Virus record (IMG/VR): IMGVR_UViG_3300021437_000014
Origin: an uncultured virus (IMG/VR IMGVR_UViG_3300021437_000014)
Taxonomy: Duplodnaviria > Heunggongvirae > Uroviricota > Caudoviricetes
Strand: one strand, 5' to 3'
DNA length: 64,000 bases
Both the position numbers and the translations under genes were made by a program. Below the pieces are notes generated by a model. The model did not search any database. It was not told the DNA's origin and was given only the letters and a program-made list of their open reading frames with translations. The first letter of the stretch is position 1; every line of letters starts with the position of its first letter. Below are positions 28,901-36,802 of this stretch, piece after piece.

Positions 28901-30222
28901 CTTACCGTATAGCTAATGCTGCTGGAATTAAACTTTCAACTGCTGAAAGTAACCCTGTTTCTGATTCCTTCGGCAACACTGCAGGTCAGCAGCGAGGTAG
29001 TGGTCTGTTCCAGACATACGACTGGTTCACCTACCCTAGTGCGTTTAAGTACAATGATGCTGCTGGCACACCTTCGTATAGTGCCAATAGCTACGAAACA
29101 CAGGCAACAGCTTGGCAGAATTTTTTGAACAACAAGGACACCCGCACAACACTTGCCAGTGCCATCCTATCGGCAAACGACGCCACCAAAGCTTCGTGGA
29201 CTGCCTCGGCTGAACAGACAACAGCGAATTCCGACTACATGGCTGCACTTACAGAGCAGAAGTCTGCTGTTACTGCCCTGAGTGTAGCGCAAGAAGCAGC
29301 TAAGCAGGAGGCGCTTAACTATGCAGCCGCAGTGCAGAAGTACTCTGTTAATGCTGCAGCCGCAACTGACAGACTTAGTAGACTACGTGAAGAGACTGTA
29401 AAGTATTACAATCAACAGAAGGAACTTGCAGACTTGATGGGTAAGTCTGCGGTAGCCCTACGTAAAACTGTTGAGGACTACAGGTATAGTCTACTGACTG
29501 ACGACCAGAAGTATGCAAAACTGGTGTCTGAATACTCCACTGCGTATTCTCTTGCCAGCAGCACGACAGGTGAAACCCTTGTCTCATATGCAGATAAGAT
29601 GAACTCCATACTGCCGAATCTGATTGAGTTGGCAGGAACTGTTGGTAAGCAGAACGAGATTGCAACGCTGATTGCACGAGCTGAGTCTGTGGCAACAAAA
29701 CTTGAAACCACTGCCCCTAAAAACTATCAAGAAGAAAGCCTCACGCTGCTAGCTGGTATTGATGGTGCTCTTGAAGTTCTTGGTAGTGGCACTGACCTTA
29801 TTGTTAATGCAGTCAATGCAGGTAAGGACAGGACTGCTGACGGCCTCTATGCAGTCATAGCCGCAATACGTGGGCAATCTATCCCAGCATTCGCCACTGG
29901 AGGTATGCACAGCGGAGGCTGGCGTCTGGTGGGTGAACACGGGCCAGAACTGGAAGCCACCGGACCCGCCCGCATTTATAATGCAGCCGAGACTGCTCGC
30001 ATGATGCAAGGCGGTGTGTCACCCTCAGACAATTCGGAGTTGCTTATTGAACTGCAGGCATTGCGTGCCGAAGTTGCAGCTCTGCGATCAGAGAACCTAC
30101 AGGTAGGTGTGGCACTTGCCACTAACACCAGCAAAACTGCCCGCATCATGGACCGTTGGGATGTTAACGGTGCACCTGTTCAGAATGCCGAAGGCACAAC
30201 TTTGAAGACTAAGGCTGTGTAA
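22930..30222 (+). CDS. Tape measure protein (TP901-type core), 2430 aa
   Basis: LAQIGIKGSAAGTATR, C-terminal FATGG...VGEHGPEL; follows chaperones. Confidence 0.92.
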   Translation: MSQEAEFDLSGVQRPVESTLSLLSQLENKLRQLDRASARNLVAELEKLGKGGLHMAESIRTAGDAVEREMKRIDNMKGGRGRGYEDELVRRRASLKSAQDTELKLIESHFLNVVKLEDEFSRKSLAAKQKARDESLKLDMEDRRVNILNRFNQRQEVSRVVSSAFTPMSEVNRRQRARVAADWESDTRNVLGPMLALKKQHDDEIQQEKLHGKKIIEVKKGIQEAQAIALNEAVNRELGIRKQNQEADVATARAKFRYQTTGKVDFDLSKPEPKFVSPVKPSDVKHVTDLSQAFRRLTLDGNDVHSMARGLASGFNLLWLTWGNLVPLMAGSALSFGTVKSFKLGSEFEQSMFEITSLAGMAQGEAAKLSKTILDLAGSSMYSANEAAKAAKILSLAGLKGTEVAAALRPTLQFATAGGTSLEESAQVLTSVGEAYKFTAGQYSVVADIITKASSDSLASVKDMSEAFKTASVLAQTYGVSLTDTSIALEMLAQIGIKGSAAGTATRNTYTELAKGEGKVGDILKKLKVNLLDSTGAAKPLLDIMKEFTEATINLTGKEQVRIASVVSNERGHKLLAAATAKLQEVMKSSQKTLLDEAEAHAKAGRAAEANELRVKAVNNAYLELKDTYEQQFKSAAGITFFADLDRQMTSLGTYDGVIASLQRSLLEAFEGARPYLIDFGLSLREVFNSKSFREDVTSIVTSVANFGRGLLDVTKYLYEHKTAVAGVLALYLGFGPLKAVAGILGGVSTGLIGITAAAASASIGLLPLSTAFAGVTAGVASAGSTLSLYGSSVAAVALGNASAVNPTMLFTSAVWGLRAGLLGMAAAAAFTASVGIASLFSSGEREAINKKTAAAKDNIDMLKRQRDMQGDVISDEIARLKEAADNRNNIAVNDRDSTRKLNAATDTRIDKLYDEKVALANLNRESELLSYRKLENYSPLGEYDITSKYDAEVKSINDLRKAEKAKNSENIAYLLKLKVAEQEYALVQSKTAREKLSGTKLGPETGKDKQAAEKLEKWAKDNLASITSGEQQKLAKLNESSTRQREILDAMHTAKLVSEREYVRQSTLNTYDLEQERLKLIVSSEAAIEAELERVVKRDIGTLGQRVSAAKGDNQKITAAYTEFYDQMQSLGEKAAADRERLAKDKAKALEDVEHRLQLNALKSTEVIVKAEEDIRKARQTRDIENQKEAKLLQVAEAYAHITESSTATAIAEKAAAEASVNASAKLEETLRNLDLIVQQTEDAFLGAEDAVFSVLDAGGIVSKAMLDNLTAQEKALARIVNLKRSVAEEGAVEVEQSAAKAYEKVMRDDSARLQRSLADSVSTALFDGGVAGKKSLRDLLVAELKKPFNLVINALITPIVGALLGSMPGTAAASDGKASVSGLYKSVTNGVSGSVTEGFGKLFSNGFGEKLGFATPNGTYTTGSGAGYSLTESGNTWAGYTGTAGNAMAGYGLYTGLSGGYKTNSALDAIGKVASLFGPLYGAIGGLVNRAFGKRVSGQGIEGTFGGTAGFTGNTYTDYKGGWFRSNSRDLQTLDSSMSAGLSEGFNNLKLFNANLGKTLNLSADSLNNYTKRIEFSTASMTKEQIAQRLSEEFSVMNDELAQLILGTYQYNKAGEKSSDALVRLTNSLNDANATFELLGYSLYDSSLAGAAMASDLADKFGSLSELVSVSKSYYDNYYTSEEKARLGTSLLTDKFKRLGYTLPTATAGFRSIIESLDLTTKSGQETYAGLLKLNGEFKDNAAAIDDLAKVNSDKLLKSLIGTGGVVPTMSNFASVVALFNTAATPAVDSAKYFVGAVSTVSTSLSSGGGTVLYFGDRVADLTGKLDPAQLAATKLKDEIFKLQDKSDLARIGIENLQKALATVDTTVFSQTLSTVFGEVAKKLQDTLSSIADQRVAVRQAAVDIVGPKTYNYEQLKQSISNQKVNVPGAGLLAAAQTRLSDALSRRSAADANVLSTKSIADIKSQASVSAYNNAIAKQADVYTKRDAAYRIANAAGIKLSTAESNPVSDSFGNTAGQQRGSGLFQTYDWFTYPSAFKYNDAAGTPSYSANSYETQATAWQNFLNNKDTRTTLASAILSANDATKASWTASAEQTTANSDYMAALTEQKSAVTALSVAQEAAKQEALNYAAAVQKYSVNAAAATDRLSRLREETVKYYNQQKELADLMGKSAVALRKTVEDYRYSLLTDDQKYAKLVSEYSTAYSLASSTTGETLVSYADKMNSILPNLIELAGTVGKQNEIATLIARAESVATKLETTAPKNYQEESLTLLAGIDGALEVLGSGTDLIVNAVNAGKDRTADGLYAVIAAIRGQSIPAFATGGMHSGGWRLVGEHGPELEATGPARIYNAAETARMMQGGVSPSDNSELLIELQALRAEVAALRSENLQVGVALATNTSKTARIMDRWDVNGAPVQNAEGTTLKTKAV

Positions 30223-31118
30223 TGTTTCTACTTTTAAAACCACTTGAGGTCACCCCTGCTAACTTGACGTTCAGCACAGCAGGGGCTGCTGACCCTAACT
30301 ACAGCTCCGCTACAACATATAGCTTAGGCAATAGGGTCTTCTTACCTGTAGATGGTAAGACATATATCTGTGTGCAGGCCCCTGCACTCGATAAGATACC
30401 AAATGCAAATCCACTATATTGGACGATTGCTGACCCAAGCAACCGCTGGGCTATGTTCGATAATAGCACCAGTTTTGCTACAAGAGGCACTACGCTTCTA
30501 GCTGTAACCATAGAGTTACCGCAGAGATATAACTCGCTGAGTCTACACGGTCTTGTTGGAAATAGAGTTACTGTAACACAGACGCAGGGAAGTACTATAC
30601 TAATGTCCGAGACTAAAGACCTCCTATCAGGAAGCACAAGCTGGTACAACTACTTTTATGAACCTAAAGAACAACTACACACATGCGTGTTTACAAACCT
30701 TGTCCCAGCGATAGGTAGCATACTTAATATAAGCATAGATGGAGCTATAGTAGCTTGCTCCAATCTCAGCCTGGGAAACTCATTTGAACTTGGCGAAAGT
30801 CAGTATGGAGCATCAACAAGTATTCTTGATTACAGTAAGAAAGAGACAACCTCTGCAGGTGTTCTGAAGCTAGCAAAAGGCTCATTTAGTAAACGAATGT
30901 CTTCGACAATTGTGCTGACACGTGCTCGCTACAACGCCGTGAGTTCAGCACTCGAAGGTGTCAGAGGTACAGCCGCTACATGGGTTGGTGTGTCGGATAG
31001 CACAGAGTATGAGCCTATGACCATTTTCGGTTTTTTCAGAGATTTCAACATCGAAGTCTCCAACTACTCCCACCACACCTGCAGCCTTGAAGTCGAAGGT
31101 CTGACTACAATCCAGTAA
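30222..31118 (+). CDS. Minor tail/distal tail-tip protein
   Basis: TAATG-coupled to tape measure; NRWAMFD and DYSKKE motifs. Confidence 0.6.
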   Translation: MFLLLKPLEVTPANLTFSTAGAADPNYSSATTYSLGNRVFLPVDGKTYICVQAPALDKIPNANPLYWTIADPSNRWAMFDNSTSFATRGTTLLAVTIELPQRYNSLSLHGLVGNRVTVTQTQGSTILMSETKDLLSGSTSWYNYFYEPKEQLHTCVFTNLVPAIGSILNISIDGAIVACSNLSLGNSFELGESQYGASTSILDYSKKETTSAGVLKLAKGSFSKRMSSTIVLTRARYNAVSSALEGVRGTAATWVGVSDSTEYEPMTIFGFFRDFNIEVSNYSHHTCSLEVEGLTTIQ

Positions 31119-31190
31119 CGCGCCTAAACCGAGTCGCCATGCCTGCCGAAGCCTTGGCACAACTGCGTAAACTTCCCAAAGGATAAACCA

Positions 31191-33527
31191 ATGACAGTCG
31201 CAATCACGGCACTACCCACACCTCCATCGTCAACCGACCCAGTGAACTTTGACGCTCGGGCTGACGCATTTTTGGCTGCGCTGCCGTCCACCGTGACGCA
31301 GATGAATGTACAGAACACGGAGAACAACTCGATCAACAGTCAGGCAGCAGCCAGTGCCACTTCTGCAGCCTCCTCTGCTGCAGCAGCAACTGCGAACGGG
31401 GCTGCTCAGGTAACGCTTGCAGCTAATCAGGTAACGCTTGCCACGGCACAGGTAGCACTCGCCACGAATCAGGCTACCACCGCAGCAGGTCACGCTGCCA
31501 CCGCGCTTACACATGCCACCACCTCCGCAGTCAACGCCGGGGCAGTTCTGTGGGTGAGCGGCACGACATATGCAATTGGTGATGCCCGATATAGTGCTGT
31601 TACTGGACAGACTTATCGTAGGTTGACTGTAGGGGCAGGGACAATAGACCCATCGGCTGATGCAACAAACTGGAAGCCTATCCTGTTGGATGTTCAGACG
31701 AACTTGCCAACGATTCGCCCATCCCTGAACTTGGACTTTGCTAATTCCAAGACAGTTGACCCTCGCATCGGTTTTACTCGTGCAACAACTGCAACTTACT
31801 ATGATGGTAAGACCACAACCAAGGCAGAGGAAAACCTGTTTAGGTATTCGCAAGATTTTGATAGCGCTGCTTGGGGTAAACTAGGTACAACTGTTAGTGC
31901 AAACACTACCACAGCACCAGATTCGACAACCACAGCAGACTCCATTATTGTGGATTCAAGTACTGGTAGACACATAGCTTATCAGCAATATAATTATGTA
32001 TATAGTGGTGAAGCATACACTGCGTCTTTTCACGTAAAAGCAAGTGGCTATAATTACGTCGCAGTTGGGTTTGAAGATATCTTAAATGGTGTTAAGAGTT
32101 CATTTCTCTGTGATCTCACTAATGGGAGTTTTAAACCTCTCTACAGTTCTGGCTCACTATTTTCTGGTACATCTTGTGTCGTTACTGATAAAGGTAATGG
32201 TTGGTATCTAGTCGGAGTAACAACAACTGTTACTGTATACCTATCTTTACTTAATATTCAAATTGGGCCATCTGATTCGTATACACCAGCTTTGTATGTT
32301 GGTATGCCATCGTTTACTGGAAACGGTACGTCTGGTTTATATGTGTGGGGTGCCCAACTTGAGCGCCGTGGTTTTATGACATCATATACACCAACCACAG
32401 CAGATACCGTAACGAACTATATCCCGACTCTGTTGACTGCTGTTGCTAATCAACCTCGCATCAACCACGACCCGGTGACTGGCGAATGCTTAGGGTTGCT
32501 TGTTGAAGCAAGCGCAACTAATCTGTTGACTTACAGTAGTGAACTTTCTGCAATTTCGACGGGTGCTTCGACTAGAATCGCAAATCAGTTGATCGCGCCT
32601 GATGGTAGCTTAACTGGTGTTTTGATTAAAGGCGCAGGTACAGCTGTAACTGTCATTACACAAAGCGCTACCGCAACGTCAACAATAATGACATTTTCGT
32701 GTTATGTTAAGGTTGGTATTCCAAGCACACGCACCACATTCAGTTTTTTGATGCGTAACGCTACGACTGGCGTAGATTTCACTATTGGGTATTTTTCCAC
32801 TAACACTGGTTCTATAACCGGAACTGATTGGACATCCACACATGTTGGAAACAACTGGTACCGAATATCTTATACAAATACTGCAACACAGCTAATTAGT
32901 GTAGGAGACACACTGACAGTGTACTTTGGAGCAATAGGTGCAGCCATTTATAGTGTAACAGATGTTCTCGGTCTTTGGGGTGCTCAGTTGGAAGCTCAGC
33001 GCATGGCTACGAGTTACATCCCAACTACATCTGCAACAGTGACTCGAAATTCAGACACAGCACTGATTTCAGGAAACAATTTCACCTCTTTCTATAATCA
33101 GACTGAGGGTACTATCTTTATTGAAGCGAACTACAATAAAAGCTCTGCCGAGTTTTTGAGTAATAGAATTATGTACGAAGTAGGTACGGACTCATCTAAT
33201 AGATTTATTGGTTATAATAATAATTCTTCTGGGGCTGGTTTTACTGTTATAGAGAGTAATAACACATACGTTACACTAGGCTCAGTAGGTGTTGCAGACA
33301 ATTCTTTCAAGAAAGTTGCACACTCATACAAAACTAATGATTTTGGTGCATCGTTGAACGGTTCTGTTGCAGCGTTAGACTCTTCTGGTAAAGTTCCACG
33401 ATCTTCTATACTTGGTATTGGTAGCACTATTGGTGGCACTGCTCAATTAAGCGGTCACATCAAAAAACTGACCTACTATCCAGTACGATTGTCTAATACA
33501 ACATTGCAGGCAATGACTGCACAATAA
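31191..33527 (+). CDS. Tail fibre/receptor-binding protein
   Basis: Ala-rich coil, PSLNLDFA, two WGAQLE...TSYxPTT domains, LamG-like C-terminus ending SGHIKKLTYYP. Confidence 0.8.
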   Translation: MTVAITALPTPPSSTDPVNFDARADAFLAALPSTVTQMNVQNTENNSINSQAAASATSAASSAAAATANGAAQVTLAANQVTLATAQVALATNQATTAAGHAATALTHATTSAVNAGAVLWVSGTTYAIGDARYSAVTGQTYRRLTVGAGTIDPSADATNWKPILLDVQTNLPTIRPSLNLDFANSKTVDPRIGFTRATTATYYDGKTTTKAEENLFRYSQDFDSAAWGKLGTTVSANTTTAPDSTTTADSIIVDSSTGRHIAYQQYNYVYSGEAYTASFHVKASGYNYVAVGFEDILNGVKSSFLCDLTNGSFKPLYSSGSLFSGTSCVVTDKGNGWYLVGVTTTVTVYLSLLNIQIGPSDSYTPALYVGMPSFTGNGTSGLYVWGAQLERRGFMTSYTPTTADTVTNYIPTLLTAVANQPRINHDPVTGECLGLLVEASATNLLTYSSELSAISTGASTRIANQLIAPDGSLTGVLIKGAGTAVTVITQSATATSTIMTFSCYVKVGIPSTRTTFSFLMRNATTGVDFTIGYFSTNTGSITGTDWTSTHVGNNWYRISYTNTATQLISVGDTLTVYFGAIGAAIYSVTDVLGLWGAQLEAQRMATSYIPTTSATVTRNSDTALISGNNFTSFYNQTEGTIFIEANYNKSSAEFLSNRIMYEVGTDSSNRFIGYNNNSSGAGFTVIESNNTYVTLGSVGVADNSFKKVAHSYKTNDFGASLNGSVAALDSSGKVPRSSILGIGSTIGGTAQLSGHIKKLTYYPVRLSNTTLQAMTAQ

Positions 33528-33536
33528 GGAATCAAA

Positions 33537-33761
33537 ATGTCACAACTTATTGGAAATGCCCCATCTCAGGTGCCCAGCAATAACATGCTAGGTCGTATGG
33601 CTTACATGAATCCAGATCAACTAGTCATTGAAACATCTAACTCTGTTTCACCAAAACGTCCTGGAAGCCTAGTGTTTGAATTGACCAGCAACATGAGCCT
33701 CACTGTCAAGGTGATGGGGTCTGACGGTGTTGTTAGGTCTGTTGCCTTGACCCTCGCATAA
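33537..33761 (+). CDS. Small tail-fibre-associated protein
   Basis: AAGGA RBS; IGNAPSQVP...KVMGSDGVVRS. Confidence 0.6.
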   Translation: MSQLIGNAPSQVPSNNMLGRMAYMNPDQLVIETSNSVSPKRPGSLVFELTSNMSLTVKVMGSDGVVRSVALTLA

Positions 33762-33770
33762 GGAAAAACC

Positions 33771-34334
33771 ATGCCAGAAAATATTGCCCTTGTTAAGCCT
33801 CTAGAAGTTGGGCCAGCACAGCCAAACTTTGGACAGTTGGACGTAGTTGGAGTTATTTACAGTATCACCAACGCGGCAAGCCAAGCAGATAAGGGTTGGG
33901 TGCCACTCGTTAATGCCTTACCAGGTTATCATGTCAACTCACCTTGGCGAGTTCCAGGTTGGGCTGCTTTTGAGGTGAATCCCTCCACCCCTCTTCGGGT
34001 CAACGCTGGGTCGCCCACAGTGTTCTACTGCTTTACCAATGAAGCAGTATTTCTTGCAGAACTTGCAACTGCTGACCTCTCTGCCCCTACCGCCGTCCCC
34101 AAGGTTGTCACGATGCGCCAGGCGCGACTTGCTCTGCTTGGTGCTGGCTTACTGGCGACGATCAACTCAGCTATTGCCGCTCTACCAAGCCCCATGAAAG
34201 AAGCTGCCCAGATTGAATGGGAATACAGTCAAGAGGTGCAGCGGCATAACGGCTTTGTGAGCCAACTTGCCCCTATCCTGGGCTTGAGTGCAGCTCAACT
34301 TGATGGACTATTCGTGGCCGCAGCTCAACTCTGA
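33771..34334 (+). CDS. Tail fibre assembly-like protein
   Basis: VPKVVTMRQARLAL...AQIEWEYS...LDGLFVAAAQL C-terminal domain. Confidence 0.65.
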   Translation: MPENIALVKPLEVGPAQPNFGQLDVVGVIYSITNAASQADKGWVPLVNALPGYHVNSPWRVPGWAAFEVNPSTPLRVNAGSPTVFYCFTNEAVFLAELATADLSAPTAVPKVVTMRQARLALLGAGLLATINSAIAALPSPMKEAAQIEWEYSQEVQRHNGFVSQLAPILGLSAAQLDGLFVAAAQL

Positions 34335-34354
34335 TGGTGAAACTTTCAGGAACC

Positions 34355-34380
34355 TAAGCGGCTTTTAGCCGCTTACTTAT
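34355..34380 (+). terminator. Hairpin, possible terminator
   Basis: TAAGCGGCT-TTT-AGCCGCTTA. Confidence 0.5.
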
Positions 34381-34392
34381 TAGAGAACCAAA

Positions 34393-34827
34393 ATGGTACG
34401 TATTGCATTTTACAAGGGTCCAGCTAAAGAATTTTTGCACAAGCTTGGGCACTTCGGCACTAAACTGTTTACTGGCTCCAAGTACAGTCACTGCGAGTTA
34501 ATCTTAGGTGGCTGGTGCTACTCATCATCAAGTCATGATGGTGGAGTAAGGAAAAAGGCAATCGACTATGGTCTTCCCAAGTGGGACGTGTATGACCTGC
34601 CAAGTTTTTCTGAGGACGAAGCCCTGGCCTGGTTTGAGTTTCACCAAGGACAGGCTTATGATTGGGCAGGGATTTGGCGATTCTTGTTCCCATTTCTGCC
34701 TCAGAAACAGACGAGCTGGTTCTGTAGCGAAGCCTGTGCAGCGGCTCTTGGGCTCGAAAGGCCCGAGGATTGGTCGCCTCAAGACCTGTATGCCTATCTG
34801 AAATGGGACAACGAGCAGCATGTGTAA
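34393..34827 (+). CDS. Permuted papain-like (NlpC/P60, YaeF/YiiX-type) amidase-like protein
   Basis: YSHCE ... GQAYD ... WFCSE ... SPQDL (His before Cys). Confidence 0.8.
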   Translation: MVRIAFYKGPAKEFLHKLGHFGTKLFTGSKYSHCELILGGWCYSSSSHDGGVRKKAIDYGLPKWDVYDLPSFSEDEALAWFEFHQGQAYDWAGIWRFLFPFLPQKQTSWFCSEACAAALGLERPEDWSPQDLYAYLKWDNEQHV

Positions 34828-34835
34828 TACCATGC

Positions 34836-34870
34836 GTAGCCTCGAAGGGTAAACTTCGAGGCTACTTCCT
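34836..34870 (+). terminator. Hairpin, possible terminator
   Basis: GTAGCCTCGAAG-GGTAAA-CTTCGAGGCTAC. Confidence 0.55.
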
Positions 34871-34913
34871 GAATAACCTCCACCACGCATTGCCTGTGGC
34901 ATTGCCAAGCATC

Positions 34914-35339
34914 ATGAGCAACCAACCTGACGACGAAGACCATCGAGCCCGCCGATCAACCGACCCGCTGATCGAAATGATTGCTCAGAAGATAGGCCGG
35001 ATGGAAGATTCGATGGACAAGCTGACAGTGGCTATCACCAAGCTTGCTGTCATCGAGGAAAAGCAGGCGTCTGACAGGCAGTCCCTTGAGAGAGCTTTCG
35101 CCTCTATCGAAAAAGGTGACGAGCGTTGTGCAGAGATGTTTGCCCAAGCTGACAAGCGATGTGCGGAGCTGTTTGAAAAGAGCCTTGCAAAACTTGAGTC
35201 GATTGACAAACGTGTTGATCAACTTGAACGTGAAGCTCCTAAGAATGCAATGACAAGTCAGTGGGTCATTGATGGGTTAAAGGCACTTGCTGTTGTAGCC
35301 GCCGTATTTGTCCTTACTAAAGCAGGGTTGATGAAATGA
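34914..35339 (+). CDS. Coiled-coil protein with C-terminal TM helix (holin/antiholin-associated)
   Basis: ITKLAVIEEKQ coil; terminal hydrophobic helix; lysis-module position. Confidence 0.55.
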   Translation: MSNQPDDEDHRARRSTDPLIEMIAQKIGRMEDSMDKLTVAITKLAVIEEKQASDRQSLERAFASIEKGDERCAEMFAQADKRCAELFEKSLAKLESIDKRVDQLEREAPKNAMTSQWVIDGLKALAVVAAVFVLTKAGLMK

Positions 35340-35821
35340 TTGAACTCTTCGGTCTTGTTTTTGGTGGGGTTTCTCGACTCTTTCAGCACTGGCTTGACCT
35401 GAAAGATAAGCAAGCTGAGCGCGTTCACGAAGCCACGATGTATGACAAGCAGATCGCCTTGTCAGAGAAGCGCCTTGTTCATGATGCCGATATGCGACGA
35501 CTTGACGCTGCGGCTGTAGAGAACAAGGCAGACACCGACTTGCTACTTGCTGCAATTGACGCACAGAAGACAGAGTCTGTAAGTGCAGGTGGGTTAGTCG
35601 CAAAGTTCAGCGCTGTCATGAGACCTCTGCTGACTTTTTACCATGCAATCATTGTCTACAGTGCAGTAAAAGTTGCCATGTTTGCTGTGGCTTACAGTGG
35701 TGGAGTGCCTTGGAGTAGTGCACTTTTACAAATCTATGGTGAGTTTGACAGAGCACTTGTAGGGGCTATGGTTTCATTTTATTTTGCAGACCGTAGCCTT
35801 AAGCATTGGGCCGGAAAATAG
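35336..35821 (+). CDS. Putative holin (GTA 3TM-like)
   Basis: FSAVMRPLLT...SFYFADRS; hydrophobic segments; near endolysin. Confidence 0.65.
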   Translation: MIELFGLVFGGVSRLFQHWLDLKDKQAERVHEATMYDKQIALSEKRLVHDADMRRLDAAAVENKADTDLLLAAIDAQKTESVSAGGLVAKFSAVMRPLLTFYHAIIVYSAVKVAMFAVAYSGGVPWSSALLQIYGEFDRALVGAMVSFYFADRSLKHWAGK

Positions 35822-36336
35822 TTATTTTCTAAAGCAGGAGAACTCTTTGTGCAGAGTCTCTTGGGCTAACTTTCTAGCAGCTATTGCCTCCTCAATAGTT
35901 GAAAAAGCCCCAAGATACACTGCTTTTTATCCTTCCATATCCTTGCTACATACTTTCCATTTTCGACATGTACTCCTTTGAAACCTGAGCTGTTATTTTT
36001 ATATACTTTAGCATTGCAACAATTTTCAGATATGCTAGCCATCCGAAGATTGCTTATTGAATTGTTCGCAGGGTTACCATCTGCATGATCTATGATTTTA
36101 TTAGGCCAATCACCGTAGTGCATAGCCCATGCAATATGGTGGGCCGGATACCTCACACCAGATATGCATATTTGAATATGCCCAGAGCCGTTCTTTCTGC
36201 CCTGCTCACCTGTATTCCTTGGCCTTCCCATGGTTACATGCCTAGTATGCACGTTGTTTACTATACTTCCTGTCTCCTGGTTATATATAAACAGGGACTT
36301 GAGAAGTTCGATTGTTGGTCTAGGAGTGAATTTCAT
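35822..36336 (-). pseudogene. HNH-AP2 homing endonuclease with a -1 frameshift in the AP2 domain
   Basis: AHHIAW...IDHADGNPANNSISNLR; SGFKGV; shifted frame after GATAAAAAG gives AVYLGAFSTIEEAIAARKLAQETLHKEF. Confidence 0.8.
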
Positions 36337-36802
36337 GTTTAACTGGACGAGTTTGGCTGTAGCTTTAATAGCCCCTTACGAAGGTTGCCATGACCTTCGA
36401 GGTGGATTGGTATATCCATACCTAGACAAGCTGGCGAAGCCTAATGTCTGGACTCAAGGCTACGGGATATGCTATGGTGTGACTGAGCAAAGTCCACCTA
36501 TAACTGTTCAACAAGCCAAAGCAGACTTCTCCGCGGGTGTCCAGGCTTACGGCTTGAAGTGCGCCACCCTTGCGCCACCCTTGCTTGACCGCCCAGCTTG
36601 CCATGCTGCAGTAACCTCTTGGGCCTGGAACGTAGGCGTGGGCGCATTCAAGGTGTCTCGTCTACGCAAGGCTATCAACGAGGGACGGTGGGAAGACGCA
36701 GCGAACCTCATTCTCAAGCCTGATACTGCCGGTGGGGTTGTTTACCGTGGGCTCGTAAAAAGAAGGGCAGCCGAAGCTGCCCTGTTCCGGTCTGGCTGTT
36801 AA
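36335..36802 (+). CDS. Endolysin, GH24 lysozyme
   Basis: EG...YLD...WTQGYG, WNVGVGAF, GLVKRRAAE; AGGAG RBS at 36322-36326. Confidence 0.88.
   Translation: MFNWTSLAVALIAPYEGCHDLRGGLVYPYLDKLAKPNVWTQGYGICYGVTEQSPPITVQQAKADFSAGVQAYGLKCATLAPPLLDRPACHAAVTSWAWNVGVGAFKVSRLRKAINEGRWEDAANLILKPDTAGGVVYRGLVKRRAAEAALFRSGC

Noticed and set aside
31191..34334. Diversity-generating retroelement or invertible fibre cassette
   Set aside because: No reverse transcriptase, invertase or template/variable repeat pair seen
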